IMG/VR virus record: IMGVR_UViG_3300017911_002575
Span: 1-59,455 of that record
From: a virus
Lineage: Duplodnaviria; Caudoviricetes
Reading direction: 5' to 3' (one strand)
Length of the DNA stretch: 59,455 nt
Part shown: positions 56,493-59,455 of the stretch, piece after piece
How the letters are laid out: every line of letters starts with the position of its first letter
Position numbering within the stretch: position 1 is the stretch's first letter
Notes under the pieces: model-generated
What the model saw: only the letters and a program-made list of their open reading frames with translations
What the model was told of the DNA's origin: nothing
Databases searched by the model: none
Made by a program: the position numbers and the translations under genes

Positions 56493-56598
56493 AACTTATT
56501 ATACACGTATTAAAATAAGTGCGCTCTAAAATCTAAAAGTTAAAAGTTAACTTTGAACTTTTGTTAGACTTTACTTTAACTTTTGTGTACCATAAAGG

Positions 56599-58590
56599 AT
56601 GAGCAAAAGAAAATATACAAAGCGCTCTGATTATTGGAACAAGTTCAATAAAGAGTCTAAGGCTAATTTAGAGTCTTTGATTGATAGTTCCTTCATTGGC
56701 CCCTCCTCGTCTGGAGAGCCTTATTATAGTGAATCGATTGCCTCTTCTTATTCAAGAAGTCAATCTGGATCTGAAGAATTTGCTTCTAGGAGAAATTATG
56801 CTCATAAATCAGATAAAAAACATAGATTTTCAAATATAGCCAGCGGAATGCTCCCGTATGTTTACAATAGTGAAGGAGTAAACTTAAGAGAGACTATTGA
56901 ACTTTGCCAAAAAGCTTATGCGAATATTTCTGTATTTAGAAACGCAATAGACGTTATGTCTGAATTTGCTAATTCGAGTATTTATCTTGAAGGAGGCACA
57001 CAAAATTCTAGAGACTTTGTATATAAATGGTTTGAAAGAATAAACTTGTGGAATTTAAAAGATCAATATTTTAGAGAATATTACAGGTCTGGAAATATTT
57101 TTCTTTATAGGGTAGATGGAAAATTTACTCAAAATGATTTTGATAAATTAACTAAAATTTATGGATCTACATTATCTTTAAAGCCTGGTAAGTTACCAGT
57201 AAAGTATATTTTGCTTAATCCTTATGACATTGTCGCTGCAAAAGGTTCTTCTTTTGATACTGCTTTGTATGAAAAAATATTGAGCGAGTATGATATCGAA
57301 CGACTTAAAAACCCTAAGACGGATTATGATATTCAGGTTTTTGAAGCTCTTGATAATGATATAAAGGAGAAAATAAAAACAGGTAAATATAATAGCGACG
57401 GAATCAGAGTAAGACTTGATCCAGGGCATCTTGTATATTCATTTTATAAAAAGCAGGATTACGAGCCATTTGCTGTGCCTTTTGGTTATCCTGTGTTGGA
57501 TGATATAAACTTTAAACTAGAATTAAAACAAATAGATCAAGCAATTTGTAGAACAATTGAAAACGTTATTCTGCTTATTACAATGGGCGCAGAGCCAGAC
57601 AAAGGGGGTATTAACCCTAGAAACATGGAGGCAATGCAAAACTTGTTTAAAAACGAAAGCGTTGGACGTGTTCTTGTTAGCGATTATACCACAAAAGCTC
57701 AATTCGTTATTCCTGATATAGGTAAAGTGGTTGGCCCCGCAAAATATGAAGTTATTAATAATGACATTAGAGACGGACTTCAAAACGTAATAGTTGGAGA
57801 TGAAAGATATAGTAATACTCAAGTTAAGGCTAAAATATTTCTTGAAAGATTAGAGGAATCAAGAAACGCTTTTATTTACGACTTTCTTCAACCTCAAGTA
57901 AAAATGATTTGTCAGAATCTTGGTTTTAGGAAATATCCGACTGTTAAATTTGAACAAACAGATATCAAGGATGAAGTACAATTACAAAGAGTCGCCACTA
58001 GACTAATGGAATTAGGAATTATAACTCCAGAACAAGGTATGAATGTTTTAGAGAAAGGGGCTTATCCTAAACCTGAAGATATGACTGAAGCGCAAGAAAG
58101 GTATATCGAGCAAAGAAAAGAGGGTATGTATAATCCTATTGTTGGCGGAGTACCTATGATTGCTCCTGAAATTGGAGGTGATGAACCTCAGACTTCAGAA
58201 GTTAAACAGGAGGTTGGTAGGCCCGTAGGAACATCTGATGTTCCTCAGGAAAAACAGTCTTCTGCGAAGGAATTAATTTCCAGAGAAAATTTACAAAAGA
58301 TAATATATTCCACAGAAAAACTTAGAGACGTGGGTTATAAATGCATGCGAAAAAAATTAAATAAAAAACGCTTGAAAGATAATGAAAAATCGATGGTTGA
58401 TGAATTGTGTGAATCGATCATAATAGCTTCTCATGAGGATAAATGGGAAGATCTTTTAAATAAATGCATGTCCGACACAAATCATATAGATTTGTTGGGC
58501 ATAATGAATAAAGTTCGGGAAATGTCTCTTGCTCATAATATAGACTTATATTGCGCTGCGCTTTTATATCATAGTAACAGGAGGTCTTAA
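56599..58590 (+). CDS. portal protein
   Basis: 663 aa; AY....FRNAIDVM, REYYRSGN.F.Y, LNP, KKQDYEPFAVP, pattern typical of large-phage portals; GTGTA-N9-ATG. Confidence 0.7.
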   Translation: MSKRKYTKRSDYWNKFNKESKANLESLIDSSFIGPSSSGEPYYSESIASSYSRSQSGSEEFASRRNYAHKSDKKHRFSNIASGMLPYVYNSEGVNLRETIELCQKAYANISVFRNAIDVMSEFANSSIYLEGGTQNSRDFVYKWFERINLWNLKDQYFREYYRSGNIFLYRVDGKFTQNDFDKLTKIYGSTLSLKPGKLPVKYILLNPYDIVAAKGSSFDTALYEKILSEYDIERLKNPKTDYDIQVFEALDNDIKEKIKTGKYNSDGIRVRLDPGHLVYSFYKKQDYEPFAVPFGYPVLDDINFKLELKQIDQAICRTIENVILLITMGAEPDKGGINPRNMEAMQNLFKNESVGRVLVSDYTTKAQFVIPDIGKVVGPAKYEVINNDIRDGLQNVIVGDERYSNTQVKAKIFLERLEESRNAFIYDFLQPQVKMICQNLGFRKYPTVKFEQTDIKDEVQLQRVATRLMELGIITPEQGMNVLEKGAYPKPEDMTEAQERYIEQRKEGMYNPIVGGVPMIAPEIGGDEPQTSEVKQEVGRPVGTSDVPQEKQSSAKELISRENLQKIIYSTEKLRDVGYKCMRKKLNKKRLKDNEKSMVDELCESIIIASHEDKWEDLLNKCMSDTNHIDLLGIMNKVREMSLAHNIDLYCAALLYHSNRRS

Positions 58591-58593
58591 GTA

Positions 58594-59455
58594 ATGGGTG
58601 CGTTTGAACTTTTTGTTAATGCTAATTTAGGTATTCGCAAACCTTTAATTACTGATGCAGGTCATCCTTCTCAAAGTACTAAGGCGGCAGGTATTATAGG
58701 TTCTCATTATATTGATTCTGAGACAAATTTTTTATACGAAAAAACTGGAGAAAACAATGTTGAAGATTGGGTCTTTTTAAGAGAGCTTGGGTACAGCTTA
58801 GATCAAGAAACTAAAGAATTAAGAGAAAATGTCTCTAGTCTTAGTTTTAAAGATAGAGACGTTGATAGTGACTTGTCTAGTCTTCATTTTAAATCGGATG
58901 ATTTAGATAGCGATTTGTCTAGTCTGTCGTTTAAAGATTTTGATTTAGATAGTGACCTTTCGAGTTTAACTTTTAAAGATGTAGATGTTGATAGCGATGT
59001 TTCTAGCCTTCAGTTTAAGGATGAGGATCTCGATAGCGATGTCTCAAGCCTTCAGTTCAAAGACATTGATACTGACAGCGATCTTTCAAGCTTAGCTTTT
59101 AAGGATACAGATGTTGACAGCGATGTCTCCAGCCTTCAGTTCAAGGATGAGGATTTAGATAGCGACATCTCAAGCCTTCAGTTCAAGGACGAAGATTTAG
59201 ATAGCGATGTTTCTAGCCTTCAGTTTAAGGATGAGGATCTCGATAGCGATGTCTCAAGTTTGCAGTTCAAAGACATTGATACTGACAGCGACCTTTCAAG
59301 CTTAGCTTTTAAGGATACAGATGTTGACAGCGACATCTCCAGCCTTCAGTTCAAGGATGAGGATTTAGATAGCGACATCTCAAGCCTTCAGTTCAAAGAC
59401 GAGGATTTAGATAGCGATGTTTCTAGTCTGCAGTTCAAAGATATTGATACTGATA
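58594..59455 (+). CDS. repeat-rich fibrous virion protein (3'-truncated by the window edge)
   Basis: Open from ATG 58594 (MGAFELFVNANLGIRKP...) to the window end; 14-aa repeats DSD(V/L/I)SSL(Q/A/S)FKD(E/I/T)D(L/V/T). Confidence 0.85.
   Translation, partial: MGAFELFVNANLGIRKPLITDAGHPSQSTKAAGIIGSHYIDSETNFLYEKTGENNVEDWVFLRELGYSLDQETKELRENVSSLSFKDRDVDSDLSSLHFKSDDLDSDLSSLSFKDFDLDSDLSSLTFKDVDVDSDVSSLQFKDEDLDSDVSSLQFKDIDTDSDLSSLAFKDTDVDSDVSSLQFKDEDLDSDISSLQFKDEDLDSDVSSLQFKDEDLDSDVSSLQFKDIDTDSDLSSLAFKDTDVDSDISSLQFKDEDLDSDISSLQFKDEDLDSDVSSLQFKDIDTD
58828..59455 (+). repeat. coding 42-bp tandem repeat with 210-bp higher-order period
   Basis: About 15 units; TTCTAGCCTTCAGTTTAAGGATGAGGATCTCGATAGCGATGTCTCAAG occurs at 59001 and 59211. 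Confidence 0.95.

Noticed and set aside
1874-57822. Many short antisense or alternate-frame ORFs in the track (e.g. 1874-2158, 3217-3522, 5208-5393, 26647-26970) and upstream extensions (10254, 17186, 13858)
   Set aside because: They are shadows of real genes or span promoter/repeat DNA; better starts are supported by promoters or gene overlaps
1-59455. Stop-codon reassignment
   Set aside because: Core genes are full length in code 11 and all three stop codons are used as terminators
58828-59455. CRISPR-like or non-coding repeat
   Set aside because: Units are contiguous, in frame, and vary mainly at synonymous or conservative positions

Overview
This 59.5 kb window is AT-rich and comes from a large tailed dsDNA phage (Caudoviricetes) using genetic code 11. 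No host DNA, integrase or CRISPR is visible. (1) 1-5.3 kb: an early/host-takeover region of many small, mostly orphan genes. They sit behind strong sigma70-type promoters and are divided into cassettes by a dispersed GC-rich repeat (TTGACCTATCCT...GGGGGCCC). The region includes a promoter-driven ~100-nt tRNA-like RNA whose two hairpin loops are complementary. (2) 5.5-15 kb: PhoH, a 1466-aa RCC1/C-type-lectin/Asp-box receptor-binding protein with its chaperone, three tandem paralogues, an orphan Xre/MbcA/ParS-type antitoxin domain and putative lysis membrane proteins. (3) 15-26 kb: a phage ECF-like sigma factor, ERCC4 nuclease, terminase, prohead protease/scaffold, decoration protein and major capsid protein. 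(4) 26-37 kb: ClpC-type ATPase, a split Pol III alpha (PHP | SET | exonuclease | polymerase), class Ic-like nrdAB and Hsp20 with a sigma54-type promoter. (5) 37-56 kb, minus strand: virion accessory proteins, a gmd + glycosyltransferase cluster, NUDIX, Cas4/RecB-like nuclease, primase, DnaB and RecA. (6) 56.6 kb to the end: portal, then a truncated gene with a 42-bp/14-aa tandem repeat. Two promoter classes recur across the window (TTGACT-N16/17-TAnnnT and GTGTAnnnT with no -35), and both usually place the start codon at the expected +1, which points to a largely leaderless transcriptome. All product calls come from motif recognition by eye; no database searches were run.
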